Positions 41,544 through 52,086 of a stretch of DNA of 64,000 nucleotides are shown one piece after another. How positions within the stretch are numbered: the first letter of the stretch is position 1; every line of letters starts with the position of its first letter. Made by a program: the position numbers and the translations under genes. The notes beneath the pieces are model-generated. The model had not been told where the DNA came from. It saw only the letters and a list, made by a program, of their open reading frames with translations, and did not search any database. Source of the DNA: Anaerolineales bacterium (GTDB lineage: Bacteria > Chloroflexota > Anaerolineae > Anaerolineales > E44-bin32); contig DAOUEE010000158.1 of NCBI GenBank assembly GCA_034430695.1, positions 1 through 64,000 of the forward strand, given 5' to 3'.

Positions 41544-42707
41544 TCACACGAGCTGCGGTTGAATCGATCGCACGCGCCTCTTCGTGTTTCGAGAGAAAAG
41601 GTGAATTTCAGTTGGCACCATTTGCAGTTCCGAACCGATGCGCAGGATTCTGTTATCGGGAATTCTGGCAACGATTTGTTCATCTCCGATACGCAGCGTA
41701 ACGATGTTTACCCCCTTGACCGGCATTTCGAGAATGTCGTTCACTGTAGCTTTGAGCGTATATTCTGGAGTTCCAACGTCAGCTAACAAAAGAGCTTCCG
41801 GCCGAATGCCGATCAGATAACGATCAATCGGCGGCGAGACCAATGAGCCATCGATAATGTTGATCGCCGGCGTATCCATGTCCATGTTCAGGAAATTCGC
41901 CACAAAAGTATTTACCGGATTCCGGTAAATACGGTCGTAGGTTGCCACTTGTTCTATGGTACCGATATTCATGATCGCCACCAGATCGGCCATCATTATC
42001 GCTTCTTGTTGATCGTGCGTTACGTACACAGCCGTAACCCCGTAACGTTGCAGCAACTTTTTCAGTTCGACTCGATAGCGCAAACGCAGTTGTTGATCGA
42101 GATTCGAAATCGGCTCATCCAGAAGAATGACCCTGGGGTCTCTGGTGATGCAGCGTCCCAACGCCACCCTTTGTTTCTCTCCCTGAGAAAGGCTATCCGG
42201 TTTACGATCCAATAGATATTCGATTTCCACACCTAAAAGCTGGCTCGTTTGCTCGAATTTCTCCTGTGCGATTTTGTTCAATTCGGGGGTCTGCTTCTTG
42301 AAGAAGAAATACGACAGGATGTTTTGCTTCGCCGTTAGCGGTGGATAGAGTGCGAACTGCTGGAAAACGATCCCGATCTTTCGCTCTCCCGGCGACGTGC
42401 CTTGCATGTCGACGCCGTCGTAGCGAACGCTGCCCGAATCCGGCTTTGTCAAACCGGCGATAATTCGAAGTAGAGTGGTCTTGCCGCATCCACTCGGCCC
42501 AAGGAGCACGACGGTTTTCTTGTCCGGAATGATCAGATTCAGGTTATTCATTTCGAAATCAATTTTCCGCGCTCCTTTATTGGATGAAGTCTTACTCTCC
42601 TCACCTTTATCTTCACCTGACTCCTCAAACACGAAAACGTCCCTGGAGACTTTTCGGCGGCGATTCCTGAATGTCTTCGAAATTTCTGTTAACTCTATGG
42701 TTGCCAT
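41544..42707 (-). CDS. Orphan ABC transporter ATP-binding protein (MalK/PotA-like with C-terminal TOBE-like domain)
   Basis: Walker A GPSGCGKTT, signature LSQGEKQRVALGRC, Walker B ILLDEPISNLD. A ~40-aa Glu/Lys-rich insert precedes Walker A. No permease or SBP gene is adjacent. Confidence 0.8.
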   Translation of the reverse strand: MATIELTEISKTFRNRRRKVSRDVFVFEESGEDKGEESKTSSNKGARKIDFEMNNLNLIIPDKKTVVLLGPSGCGKTTLLRIIAGLTKPDSGSVRYDGVDMQGTSPGERKIGIVFQQFALYPPLTAKQNILSYFFFKKQTPELNKIAQEKFEQTSQLLGVEIEYLLDRKPDSLSQGEKQRVALGRCITRDPRVILLDEPISNLDQQLRLRYRVELKKLLQRYGVTAVYVTHDQQEAIMMADLVAIMNIGTIEQVATYDRIYRNPVNTFVANFLNMDMDTPAINIIDGSLVSPPIDRYLIGIRPEALLLADVGTPEYTLKATVNDILEMPVKGVNIVTLRIGDEQIVARIPDNRILRIGSELQMVPTEIHLFSRNTKRRVRSIQPQLV

Positions 42708-42814
42708 CCAACGCTCCCCAAGCTTGAGTGAAATGGATTCGAGAGAGTCACCCCAACCTTCATTATACGAGACGTTCGAGCGTCAACTCAAAGCAAGCGC
42801 TTCGGTCGTGCCCC

Positions 42815-43699
42815 TCAATTCGATAGCATCATGCAATCGGTGTCACCGTATTCGATGTCGATCGTGATGTGAGAGATGTTCATTTCTTTTACGAGATTGC
42901 GAATATCTTGTTTGACACATTTCACGCTTTCTCTTGGCGTATCCTCGCGGACGACGACGTGGGTTGTCAGGACGTGGTGAACGCCGTCCAACGACCAGAT
43001 GTGCGTGTGATGAACCGACTCGACGTTCTCGATTTGAAGTAAGCGCTTGTCGATGTTTTCAATTTCATATCGTGCGGGAACAGCTTGAAGAAAGAGGCTT
43101 AGGGTCTGTCTCAAGTTTTTTATTACATTGTACAGCACGTAAATGGAGATCAATATCGACAGCAATGGATCGAGAATATAAAGATCGGAAAACAAGAGAA
43201 CGATGCTGACAACGAGTACGGCGATCCAACCGAGTACGTCTTCGATAAAATGCCAGCCGATCGTTCTGGCGTTGTAAGTTCCATCCCGCCGAAGCCGAAG
43301 TGCTGCGATCCCATTCACGAGAATACCGCCCAGAGCCAGAATTGCCATCCCCTGCGCATTGGGCCTTTCCGGCGAGAACAGCCTTGGAATCGCTTCGAGT
43401 GAAATGTAGAGCGCCCCCACGATGAGAATGATCGTGTTGATCAGCGCGCCAAGAAGCGAAAACCTCCGATACCCGTAGGTATATCGTCGATCGCTTTCCT
43501 TTTGGGAGTAGTGTTCTAAATACCATCCCAGTCCAAGAGAGACTGCGTCACCGAGATCGTGCATGGCATCCGACAAGATCGCCAGGCTGTTGGTCAAAAC
43601 GCCACCGACGATTTCGATGACGGTGAAAGCCAGATTCAGAAAAAAAGCCGTTCGCAGACCGGCAGTCGTATGGTGATTATGTCGATGCTGATTCCCCAT
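42815..43699 (-). CDS. Cation diffusion facilitator (CzcD-like) transporter
   Basis: His-rich N-terminus and the motif 'LAILSDAMHDLGDAVSL' in TM2. Six TM segments. Confidence 0.85.
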   Translation of the reverse strand: MGNQHRHNHHTTAGLRTAFFLNLAFTVIEIVGGVLTNSLAILSDAMHDLGDAVSLGLGWYLEHYSQKESDRRYTYGYRRFSLLGALINTIILIVGALYISLEAIPRLFSPERPNAQGMAILALGGILVNGIAALRLRRDGTYNARTIGWHFIEDVLGWIAVLVVSIVLLFSDLYILDPLLSILISIYVLYNVIKNLRQTLSLFLQAVPARYEIENIDKRLLQIENVESVHHTHIWSLDGVHHVLTTHVVVREDTPRESVKCVKQDIRNLVKEMNISHITIDIEYGDTDCMMLSN

Positions 43700-43807
43700 T
43701 GAAACCCTTCTTCCATCCCAAAGTCACATTATCTATTATATTCGCTCCCTCATCGCTTCTCGAAGACCTGCAACTGGTGACATGAAGTTATCCCCGGTCA
43801 GACTGCT

Positions 43808-44590
43808 TCATTCCGCTGACCTCCGCTGCGTGAAGCGCAAACCGGACCAGACCGGGTCGATCGAGCAAATCTTGTAATCGACCATTTCGGATGCCAAACC
43901 AACCTTGCGGACAACGTTCTGTGAGACGTCGCTCTTCACTCCGGAGGACTTCTTGGGCCAGATGATCCAAAGTCCCCCATTGAGGGAATACGGAGTCATC
44001 TCTCCGATACTCCGCTCGAGTCGATCTCTGGAGCGAACAAACCAAAGCGTGATATCCGCCGAAGGGAGATCGCCTCGCTGAATTCGCACGCCTTCCGGCA
44101 GCTTCCCCAGCGTGCATTCGAATTCCTCCGGTGCATCGATCAGAAGTATGCTTGAATTGGATTCGATCCCCAATTTCTTGGGCAGCGGAGTTCCTTTGTA
44201 CGCTTCGAACACACTTTCAGGAACGGCCGGCGATTCCGGCTGATTGGCGACCGCTTTTTCGATCGCCGGTAGAACCGTATCCCACGAAGAGAACACTGCG
44301 TCCGGGAAATGGTCTTGGATTTTCTCGACCTTCTCCGGTGATCCCGCACAGAACACGAGTGGAACGTGCCTCGTCACCTTTGCCTTCCGCAGCACAAACC
44401 CCATGTCGCGACCTTGTGAGGGCAATCGGCTTAGATCGATTACGATCACATCCGGAATATTTTCCTGGATCTTGCGCAAAGTATTTCGAGAGAATTTCTC
44501 GAATTCGGGTTCGAACCCACCCTCTCGTATCCGCTCCAGGCACGCTTGCGCTTCAATTTCGTTCCAATGGATCAAACACACACGTTGCAT
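43808..44590 (-). CDS. DUF3052-like protein with receiver-like N-terminal domain
   Basis: The C-terminal 'LWIIWPKK...VDYKICSIDPVWSGLRF' resembles DUF3052. The N-terminus looks like a flavodoxin/CheY-like fold. Tentative. Confidence 0.4.
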   Translation of the reverse strand: MQRVCLIHWNEIEAQACLERIREGGFEPEFEKFSRNTLRKIQENIPDVIVIDLSRLPSQGRDMGFVLRKAKVTRHVPLVFCAGSPEKVEKIQDHFPDAVFSSWDTVLPAIEKAVANQPESPAVPESVFEAYKGTPLPKKLGIESNSSILLIDAPEEFECTLGKLPEGVRIQRGDLPSADITLWFVRSRDRLERSIGEMTPYSLNGGLWIIWPKKSSGVKSDVSQNVVRKVGLASEMVDYKICSIDPVWSGLRFTQRRSAE

Positions 44591-44644
44591 TTCCTATACC
44601 TTTGAACTGCATAATGCATCTCGCCATATTGGCTATGCGCAATG

Positions 44645-45631
44645 CTAGATGCGAAGCTCCACAACGTCGCCATCCTGCAAGACATAATCACGTCCGACCA
44701 TGATGCCGTCGTGTTCGGCGCTGCCCCACACGCGCGCGCTTTTGAGTTGCTTATAAAAGTCTTGATGCACTTTACCGGCAAACGCCTCCACCGTACATCC
44801 GCGTTCCAGGATGAACGGCGAATCATAATCGGGTTCCCTTCCAGGCGCTTTCGAATAAACGCGAATGATGTCCAATCGCTCGAAAATGATCTCCTTCAAG
44901 CGCTTCAGATTCCTTCCCGTCTTCGCCGAAATGGGCAGGAGCGGCCAATCCTGCTCGAGTAAGGCCTTGAAGATCTCGAAGTTTTCGTCTGTACCCTCAT
45001 CGTCGTTTTTATTGGCCAGGACGAGAACGGGCTTTACTGAAAGGGCTTGATTGGCGGCATCCTCTTGGGAATGATGCACCGGGACGATTCTGTTTTCCCG
45101 TAACAGATCAGCGACGGAGTGTAATTGTGACAGGGGATCTGCCCGAATATCCACCACGATGAGAATGAGATCAGCCCGGCGGATGAGTTCGATCAATTCC
45201 GGTTCGATAAATTCACGATTGGTTGGAGGAGTGTCGATCAGTTGAAATTGCACGTCGTCGTAGCGCATCATCCCGGGGGTTGGTTTCCTCGTTGTGAAAG
45301 GATAATCAGCGACTTCGGGTTTGGCGTTGGTGAGTGTAGACACGAGCATGGATTTGCCAACGTTGGCATGCCCGATCACAGCGATTTGTCCCGCGCCTTC
45401 CTTATCGATGTGAAACGCAGATTCCTGTCTGCTGACAGATTTTCGAGCTTGTGCAGTCGATTTCAATTTGGATAATTTCTTGCGCAGATCACCGCGAAGT
45501 CTGTCGGTTCCCTTGTGTTTGGGAATCTTGGTGAGCATTTCCTCGAGGCAGGCCGCCTTCTCCTCCGGCGTGCTCGCCGATCGATATCGCGCTTCAACCT
45601 CGAAATAGTCAGGGGGGAGATTTGTCGGCAT
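44645..45631 (-). CDS. Obg/DRG-family GTPase with C-terminal TGS domain
   Basis: G1 GHANVGKS, G2 FTT, G4 NKND. The TGS-like C-terminus is 'VEAFAGKVHQDFYKQLKSARVWG...DGDVVELRI'. Confidence 0.7.
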   Translation of the reverse strand: MPTNLPPDYFEVEARYRSASTPEEKAACLEEMLTKIPKHKGTDRLRGDLRKKLSKLKSTAQARKSVSRQESAFHIDKEGAGQIAVIGHANVGKSMLVSTLTNAKPEVADYPFTTRKPTPGMMRYDDVQFQLIDTPPTNREFIEPELIELIRRADLILIVVDIRADPLSQLHSVADLLRENRIVPVHHSQEDAANQALSVKPVLVLANKNDDEGTDENFEIFKALLEQDWPLLPISAKTGRNLKRLKEIIFERLDIIRVYSKAPGREPDYDSPFILERGCTVEAFAGKVHQDFYKQLKSARVWGSAEHDGIMVGRDYVLQDGDVVELRI

Positions 45632-45875
45632 CGCAATTCAATCTAATCACAATGAACGTTACGGAACTGTACAGAAGCCTCGAAGTCGATTCACGCATCG
45701 GTTCAGGCCAACTTCGCCTTATGATTATATACGCATTCGGTCGTTGAAATTAACCAACGTTTCAGGTGTATCAATCGACATTCATTCGATGTCGAGCCCC
45801 GCAGGGAAAACGAGAAATAGACGAAGCGATGTATTTCGAGATAAAATTAATACGTACATAAAAGGAGATAGATGA

Positions 45876-46751
45876 ATGGCACCTGGATTTAAAGAACAAG
45901 TATCCCAATTGCGGGATCAAGTCATCAAGGAATCCCTGAGGTTCCTGCATCTTTCCCACGACACCGTGTCCGGGAAAATCATCGGCGGCGTGCTTGCATC
46001 GCCCGCAATGCGGCTCGCCGAGCTGGTGCAGTCCTTCGATCAACTCGTTGCGGGGTCCGGGTTACACGAAGCATCCCGGCGAATGCTCGATCGCTTCGTC
46101 CGTTATTTCGTAGTCGAGGGGCTCGAAAACGTGCCGAAGAGCGGTCCCTTGCTCATCGCTTCCAATCATCCCGGAATGGTTGATGGCTTGTTGGTCGCTG
46201 CAAGCCTGCCGCGTCCTGACTTGAAGATCGTAGCCAGCGCCATGCCCCTTTTCGCTGACCTGAAGGCGATGCGAAACCATTTCATTCTCGTCTCGCGTAA
46301 CACGTTCGAACGCCTCGCCGTCGTACGTGAAGTGATTCGCCATCTGCAAGAAGGTGGTGCCGTACTGATATTCCCGCGCGGTTTAATCGAGCCCGACCCG
46401 CAGGTATTGAGTGGCGCGACAGAATCCCTGTCGCGCTGGTCCCCCAGCCTCGAAGTCATATTGCGGCGTGTTCCACAAGCGCACATCTCGGTCACCATCA
46501 TTCGTGGCGTGTTGTCATCCCGGTCGATCAAGAACCCGCTTACCCGCCTTCGCAGAAGCATACACGACAAGCAGGTGATTGCCGAAATCAGTCAGGCCGT
46601 TCAACATCTGTTCCTCCCCCGTACACTAGCAATTGCACCGAGACTCAATTACGCACCCCCGATGACGTTCAATGACATCATCGATAGATATCGTGGATCG
46701 AATCCAATGGACGTCATTCGCCAGACCGCAGCTCGATTGATCGACAATTAA
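45876..46751 (+). CDS. Lysophospholipid acyltransferase (PlsC/LPLAT family)
   Basis: HX4D motif 'SNHPGMVDG' and an 'IFPRG' block. Confidence 0.7.
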   Translation: MAPGFKEQVSQLRDQVIKESLRFLHLSHDTVSGKIIGGVLASPAMRLAELVQSFDQLVAGSGLHEASRRMLDRFVRYFVVEGLENVPKSGPLLIASNHPGMVDGLLVAASLPRPDLKIVASAMPLFADLKAMRNHFILVSRNTFERLAVVREVIRHLQEGGAVLIFPRGLIEPDPQVLSGATESLSRWSPSLEVILRRVPQAHISVTIIRGVLSSRSIKNPLTRLRRSIHDKQVIAEISQAVQHLFLPRTLAIAPRLNYAPPMTFNDIIDRYRGSNPMDVIRQTAARLIDN

Positions 46752-46800
46752 TCGAGAAACGACGCACTCAGATAACTCGCTGCGTATCCATCGAAAAGAA

Positions 46801-46836
46801 AAGATCCACCCGAACGCGGGGAGGATCTTTTTTATT
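46801..46836 (+). terminator. Rho-independent terminator (AAGATCCACCC-gaacgcg-GGGAGGATCTT + T-tract)
   Basis: Imperfect 10-bp stem followed by TTTTTTATT, directly after the stop at 46751. Confidence 0.6.
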
Positions 46837-46854
46837 GATGTTTACAGGAATGGT

Positions 46855-47526
46855 TCAGTGCGAATCTACACCGACGAGGTCGCGCCCATAGTGGATGGAA
46901 GTGCTTATAAACAACGTGAACAACAGCAGTGCAATGACGAGAATCAGTGTATCGAAGGCCGTGATTGTTAAGCCCAGAATTTCGTACCCCGGATTGCCGA
47001 AGAAGAAGATCAGCGTGTTGGCGATGATGGCGATCAACCGCACCTCAGTGGGACCAATCTTTGCGTACGATATACGAAAGACGCCGGTGACAAATGCATA
47101 GACGTACGCCAAGATCGAAAGCAGCAAGTAGCCACTCAACGCAAGGCAGGCGATGTCCAGGCGAGCATAGGACGACACGCCGAGGCCGGTGAAGACCACC
47201 ACCTGACTGAAAGCATCGACGATGTGATCGATGTAGAAGCCAAATTTCGGCCTCTCGATCTTGCGATAGCGCGCCAGCGTCCCGTCCAGGCTGTCGCCGT
47301 ACCAATTGAGGACGAACCCGAGACTCGCCAGCCACAAAAAAGCCGGCGACGCTTTCGTGAGTGCGTATCCCACGAAGATAACCAACGATCCGATGATGCC
47401 AATAATCGTCAAGGTATCCGGCGTAAACCGCTGCGGTAACCTCTCCGCGAACCAGTGTAAAACGCGTCGTTCGATGGGATCCAAGATGCTGTTTTGTACG
47501 CGGGTTTGTGATTCTACGTCTGGCAT
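46855..47526 (-). CDS. CDP-alcohol phosphatidyltransferase family protein
   Basis: Signature DG(x)2AR(x)8G(x)3G(x)3D in 'GDSLDGTLARYRKIERPKFGFYIDHIVD'. Multi-pass membrane protein. Confidence 0.8.
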   Translation of the reverse strand: MPDVESQTRVQNSILDPIERRVLHWFAERLPQRFTPDTLTIIGIIGSLVIFVGYALTKASPAFLWLASLGFVLNWYGDSLDGTLARYRKIERPKFGFYIDHIVDAFSQVVVFTGLGVSSYARLDIACLALSGYLLLSILAYVYAFVTGVFRISYAKIGPTEVRLIAIIANTLIFFFGNPGYEILGLTITAFDTLILVIALLLFTLFISTSIHYGRDLVGVDSH

Positions 47527-47598
47527 ATCATTCCTCCTGCTGTTTCATCCATGAAAACCCAAAACCGAGGACTTCGATGTGCCATATCTACCGAGTAA

Positions 47599-48192
47599 TC
47601 ATTCGAACTGTTCGAGCTGCGGACTTTTTATCCAGCTTTTCGGAAACTGTCGATTGGGATCCATAAGCAGATTCAGCGCCTGACGGACCTTCGTTCGGAT
47701 GGCAACGCTCTCGCTTTGCTTTAAGTGCTCGATCTTTGCCAGGACCTCACTACAGAACTGGGGATATTTACGGGCCACGATGCACAGACTGACGATCGAC
47801 CAGGATTGAACGAAGGCGCTCTCATCACCGAGAAGGTGGTACAGCGTGTCCGTGATTTTTTCGACGTGGGACGTATAAATCGACAGATAACCGAGGATCA
47901 TCGCCAGATGCCAACGAACCATGGCGACTTCATCATACTTCGCTATGTCCACCATCGAATCGACATGATCGACGATTAACTCTGGCGAAGAACGCGCAAC
48001 TTTCTCTATTGCATCCGCCGCATGGCCGCGTACGACTTTATCGTCGTGACGTAATCCCGCTAACAAATCTGCGATCAAGTCCGGGTGCTGCAGTACGAGT
48101 TCGGCGACTTCGTTCGCCGAACCATCGGAACGCAAATCACCGTCTGAAAGCCACTCTGCAATTGAACTCACGATGCACTTGCCTTCATGCAA
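47599..48192 (-). CDS. HEAT-repeat protein (DNA alkylation repair AlkD-like fold)
   Basis: Helical repeats with 'VRGHAADAIEKVA' and 'VAMVRWHLAMILG', typical of HEAT/AlkD-like proteins. Tentative. Confidence 0.4.
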   Translation of the reverse strand: MHEGKCIVSSIAEWLSDGDLRSDGSANEVAELVLQHPDLIADLLAGLRHDDKVVRGHAADAIEKVARSSPELIVDHVDSMVDIAKYDEVAMVRWHLAMILGYLSIYTSHVEKITDTLYHLLGDESAFVQSWSIVSLCIVARKYPQFCSEVLAKIEHLKQSESVAIRTKVRQALNLLMDPNRQFPKSWIKSPQLEQFE

Positions 48193-48243
48193 CCTGACCA
48201 GCCGATTGGATTCGTGACATCTCGTGCGATACTAAATTATCAA

Positions 48244-48816
48244 TTATTGCTTTAACTTTTCGGCGAACTTTGCGCGGAACTTGACGACCTTGGGAGATAT
48301 CACGGCGCGGCAGTATCCCGCAAAAGGATTCTTTTTAAAGTAATTTTGATGGTAGTCCTCAGCCGGATAAAAATGCATCAACGGCTCCAGCTGTGTTACG
48401 ATGGGCCGTTCCCAAATTCCCTCATCTCCAATTTCTTGAATCTTTCGTTTGGCGGCCTCTTCCTGCTGCTCAGTGTGATAGAAAATCACAGAGCGGTATT
48501 GCGTACCGACGTCTGCGCCCTGACGATTCAACGTCGTCGGATCGTGGATACTGAAGAAAACGTCCAACAGGAAATCGTAGCCGATCTGTTGCGGGTCGTA
48601 CGTGATTTGAACGACCTCGGCGTGACCCGTAGAACCCGTACAGACTTGCTCGTACGTCGGATCGGCGACTTCACCTCCCGCATACCCGGAAACGACCTGC
48701 TTTACACCCTCCAGGTCTTGAAACACAGCTTCCAAACACCAGAAACATCCTCCGCCAAACGTGGCGATTTCATCATCCTTCGACTCACCCTGCCTAGCAG
48801 AACGATCCTTCACCAT
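48244..48816 (-). CDS. msrA: Peptide-methionine (S)-S-oxide reductase
   Basis: Active site '[15 protein letters not shown]'. Confidence 0.9.
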   Translation of the reverse strand: MVKDRSARQGESKDDEIATFGGGCFWCLEAVFQDLEGVKQVVSGYAGGEVADPTYEQVCTGSTGHAEVVQITYDPQQIGYDFLLDVFFSIHDPTTLNRQGADVGTQYRSVIFYHTEQQEEAAKRKIQEIGDEGIWERPIVTQLEPLMHFYPAEDYHQNYFKKNPFAGYCRAVISPKVVKFRAKFAEKLKQ

Positions 48817-49010
48817 AGCATACCTCTCCCATCATAAATTGAAACCAATGCTTCTCTATTATCATAATACCGCACAGGCCAAGGTCTTTCTATCGAAACA
48901 CGGTCAAACATGGTCGACTCATGCTCTTTCGAAGGTCGTATGGACTCTATACCTCCGCACTGCTTGAGTACGGAAACGCGGCCCTTATTCATGCGCTGAC
49001 TAACGGGCAC

Positions 49011-49547
49011 TCACAGATCCTCGTCGAATCTTGCGGGTACGGTCAATGCAAATTCCGGATTCGGCGTATGCGGCTCATCCATTTGCAGGCAGGGATTGCG
49101 GCCCGCATTCGCAGTAAATTCATCTCGCAGATGCGCTTTCACTGCCGCCTCAAGCGCATACGCCGTCGCCTCGATGTCTATCTCCTTCCCGTAGCCATGC
49201 CGGATGAATCCCCACAGGTATTTGGCATAGAACTTGACAGGCTTGTATCTTTCGTACTGTTCGACGTGTTTTAGTTCATGTGCGATCAGGGCCAAGCCTT
49301 TCGCATTATGCGGTTGGAACTGATCCGCATCGCAGAAGTGAATGGTTCTTCCAAGCGTGATCGCTTTTGTCTTCACTTTCGAAACTCGCTCGCTGCTCAA
49401 AAATGCAGCCAATCCACTCGCCAACTTGAGTTTCGTCCGGCGCACGACTCCGGGATCCGCATACCACTCACCCCGGGCCAGAAGGCGTTCCGCGCAATCC
49501 GGGATTCTCTCCGGGATTAATTCACTCATCGCATCCTCCCTCAACAC
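49011..49547 (-). CDS. Stand-alone DUF4157-like zincin (HExxH) domain protein
   Basis: 'LALIAHELKHVEQY' contains HELxH. The domain is 178 aa with no extension, resembling the DUF4157 'eCIS-associated' metallopeptidase-like domain. Confidence 0.55.
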   Translation of the reverse strand: MLREDAMSELIPERIPDCAERLLARGEWYADPGVVRRTKLKLASGLAAFLSSERVSKVKTKAITLGRTIHFCDADQFQPHNAKGLALIAHELKHVEQYERYKPVKFYAKYLWGFIRHGYGKEIDIEATAYALEAAVKAHLRDEFTANAGRNPCLQMDEPHTPNPEFALTVPARFDEDL

Positions 49548-49584
49548 GCATTATGGCTTCGACGCACTAACTGCTGAATCCATA

Positions 49585-50715
49585 TCATGGCAACGCGATC
49601 TGCGCGACGTCTCTTGCGGAGGTCAGGACCCAAACGGAACTCCCGGGCACTGCCCAGTCGATCATGCCATCCACCTCGCCCAGCAGTATGCCGTCCGTGA
49701 GTTCCAGCGAATCTCGATCGAGACGATAGTACACAAGCGGACTCGGTCCATCCATTTCCCTCGACGCCATTGTGGAGAGAGTCAGCAAATGCGATCCATC
49801 GATGTCCCAAATGACGCCGGTGAGTGCGATCGTGGCCCACCATTCATCCGCCAATGCTTCGTCCAGGGCCAGGTCGAAGGCGCCGCTTCCGTCTGCCATT
49901 GCCAGGATCAAACGTGGTTCGTCCGGTCCTCCCCAATGCGAGAGAATCAGTTCCCTGCCGTCGGGAGACCAGTAAGGTCGATCGGTTACGCTTCCCGTTC
50001 CGGAATTATCCACGTCGGCGATCAACCTTTCTTCCCCGGAAGCAACATCGACGACATAAAGTCCCGCTTCGATATCGAGCCCATATCCGGATTCTCGTGT
50101 AAAAGCAACAGCCCCTCCAGACGGCGCTATACTCCAGGTGAAGGTCACATCGTACGCTAAAATGCGATCGACGGCGTCAGTCGTACGCCAGTGCAGTTCA
50201 TACGTCCGATCGGTGGCCAGGATGTAGGCGATAGCAGCTCCATCCGGAGACCACAGCGCTTTTACGACGTCATCCCCAAGTAATACTTCCACGGTGCCGT
50301 TCTCGAGATCCAAAATCGATAAATCGCTGACGGACACCCCGGCCGGGCCGGCCCCTCGATCCGGGAAATCTCGCGCCATAAGGATCTGGTCCGTTTGCGG
50401 GTTGTATCCGTAATACTCGCCCATGCTTACCGGGAGATCAAGCGTAGATGCTTGTGCTTCTTCCAGCACAAAGACTTGGCCGCCCGATGACTGATAAAAA
50501 GCCCAGAGGATTTTAGAATGAAGTTGAGATGTGGGTGCAATAGACGTATCTTCCCATCGGGGTGTGTTCGGTACTGCTGCGCGTGTGGCAGTTGCGCTAT
50601 GAATTGGAAACTCGTTCTCCACTTTCGAAGCAACCGGGGCGACCGTGCAACACGCCGTGATCAGGACCAGGAAAAGGGCGGCGAGGCCGAACCACTTCTC
50701 ACACCCATCACTCAT
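49585..50715 (-). CDS. Secreted/lipoprotein beta-propeller protein (TolB/WD40-like)
   Basis: Signal peptide with 'LITACCTVA'. Repeated 'WSPDG..IAY', 'YWSPDGRELIL' and 'FTWSIAPSGGAVAF' blades. Confidence 0.55.
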   Translation of the reverse strand: MSDGCEKWFGLAALFLVLITACCTVAPVASKVENEFPIHSATATRAAVPNTPRWEDTSIAPTSQLHSKILWAFYQSSGGQVFVLEEAQASTLDLPVSMGEYYGYNPQTDQILMARDFPDRGAGPAGVSVSDLSILDLENGTVEVLLGDDVVKALWSPDGAAIAYILATDRTYELHWRTTDAVDRILAYDVTFTWSIAPSGGAVAFTRESGYGLDIEAGLYVVDVASGEERLIADVDNSGTGSVTDRPYWSPDGRELILSHWGGPDEPRLILAMADGSGAFDLALDEALADEWWATIALTGVIWDIDGSHLLTLSTMASREMDGPSPLVYYRLDRDSLELTDGILLGEVDGMIDWAVPGSSVWVLTSARDVAQIALP

Positions 50716-50718
50716 GGC

Positions 50719-51702
50719 TCACCACAACTGATGGACGAGGTTGCGAATATCTCTTTGGTAGATTTCGTCCACCTTGCGCATCACGTCATCAGAGAGTTCG
50801 GGCAGGTCGGCGGCGGCCATATTTTCCTCGACTTGTGAGATCCGTTTTGCCCCGGGGATGGTGCACGTTACCGCGTCGAACATCAATATCCAGCGCAAAG
50901 CCATCTGGACCAAGCTCATCCCTTCGGGAACGATTTCCTTCAATTCCTCGACGGCTTTTAGCCCGGTTCGATAATCGACGCCGGAAAATGTCTCGCCGCG
51001 ATCGAACGCCTCTCCGTGACGGTTGAATGCGCGATGATCGTCGCTGTCGAATGTCGTTTTGGCAGTCATCTTGCCGGTCAACAATCCTGACGCCAGAGGA
51101 ACGCGGGCGATGATGCCCACCTGCCGTTTCTGCGCCTGTTCGAAAAACAGCTCCGCAGGCCGATGACGGAACATGTTGAAAATGATCTGGACGCTCTGCA
51201 CGTTCGGAAATTCGATGGCTTTCAGAGCTTCCTCCACCTTTTCCACACTCACGCCGTAATAATGAAGTTTACCGGCTGCGACCATATCGTCGAGGATGCC
51301 AAAGACTTCCGGCATGTAAAAGACTTCCGTAGGCGGACAATGGAGTTGAAGCAAGTCAATCGTATCTACCTGGAGATTCTCCAGACTGCGATCTATAAAT
51401 TCTGTCAGGTTCTTGCGGTTGTATCCGCTGGCTGTATGGGGATCTAATCGACGGCCCGCTTTGGTGGCAATGTATATCCTCTCGTCGCGCTGCTTGCGTA
51501 ATTCCGCGAGCAGACTCTCACTGCGCCCATCCCCATAAACGTCGGCGGTGTCGAAGAAATTCACACCCAGGTCGACGGCTCGATGCAATGCGGCCAACGA
51601 GTCTTGATCATCGACGTGACCCCAGGTCCCTCCGATCGCCCATGCCCCAAAACTTATTACGGACACCTGCCATCCCGTACGGCCCAGATTACGATATTGC
51701 AC
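50719..51702 (-). CDS. Aldo/keto reductase
   Basis: 'MQYRNLGRTGWQVSVISFGAWAIGGTWG' and a catalytic tetrad context (D, Y, K, H). Confidence 0.9.
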   Translation of the reverse strand: MQYRNLGRTGWQVSVISFGAWAIGGTWGHVDDQDSLAALHRAVDLGVNFFDTADVYGDGRSESLLAELRKQRDERIYIATKAGRRLDPHTASGYNRKNLTEFIDRSLENLQVDTIDLLQLHCPPTEVFYMPEVFGILDDMVAAGKLHYYGVSVEKVEEALKAIEFPNVQSVQIIFNMFRHRPAELFFEQAQKRQVGIIARVPLASGLLTGKMTAKTTFDSDDHRAFNRHGEAFDRGETFSGVDYRTGLKAVEELKEIVPEGMSLVQMALRWILMFDAVTCTIPGAKRISQVEENMAAADLPELSDDVMRKVDEIYQRDIRNLVHQLW

Positions 51703-52086
51703 GGCAACACCTCCTCCATCGAATTCTGTATCTCACGAAAGACAGTGAAACATACTGCCTGTTTAATCTACACCACAATGGAAGAACAGTAAATTCCACG
51801 GGCTCAAATTAGATCGGATCCAAACGGTCTAGCCAGGAATGGTCCAGACCATTTTACACAAATCGCGAAGCAGAATATAATGGTGGTTCACTTGCGTCGC
51901 ATTAGAAACCATTGGAATGTGAAGTCGAGCACGTTTCCCGAAATGCCGTCAGGTGTTTTTTCATACCAGGACAGATGTTGAGGTGACTTTGCAAGCCAAA
52001 TGAAAGGTCTACTTTCTCACTTATGATGTACCCTTAGCTTAGATTCAGCGGTAATTCAGGAAGGCAAACGCTTTGGGAGAATCGAC

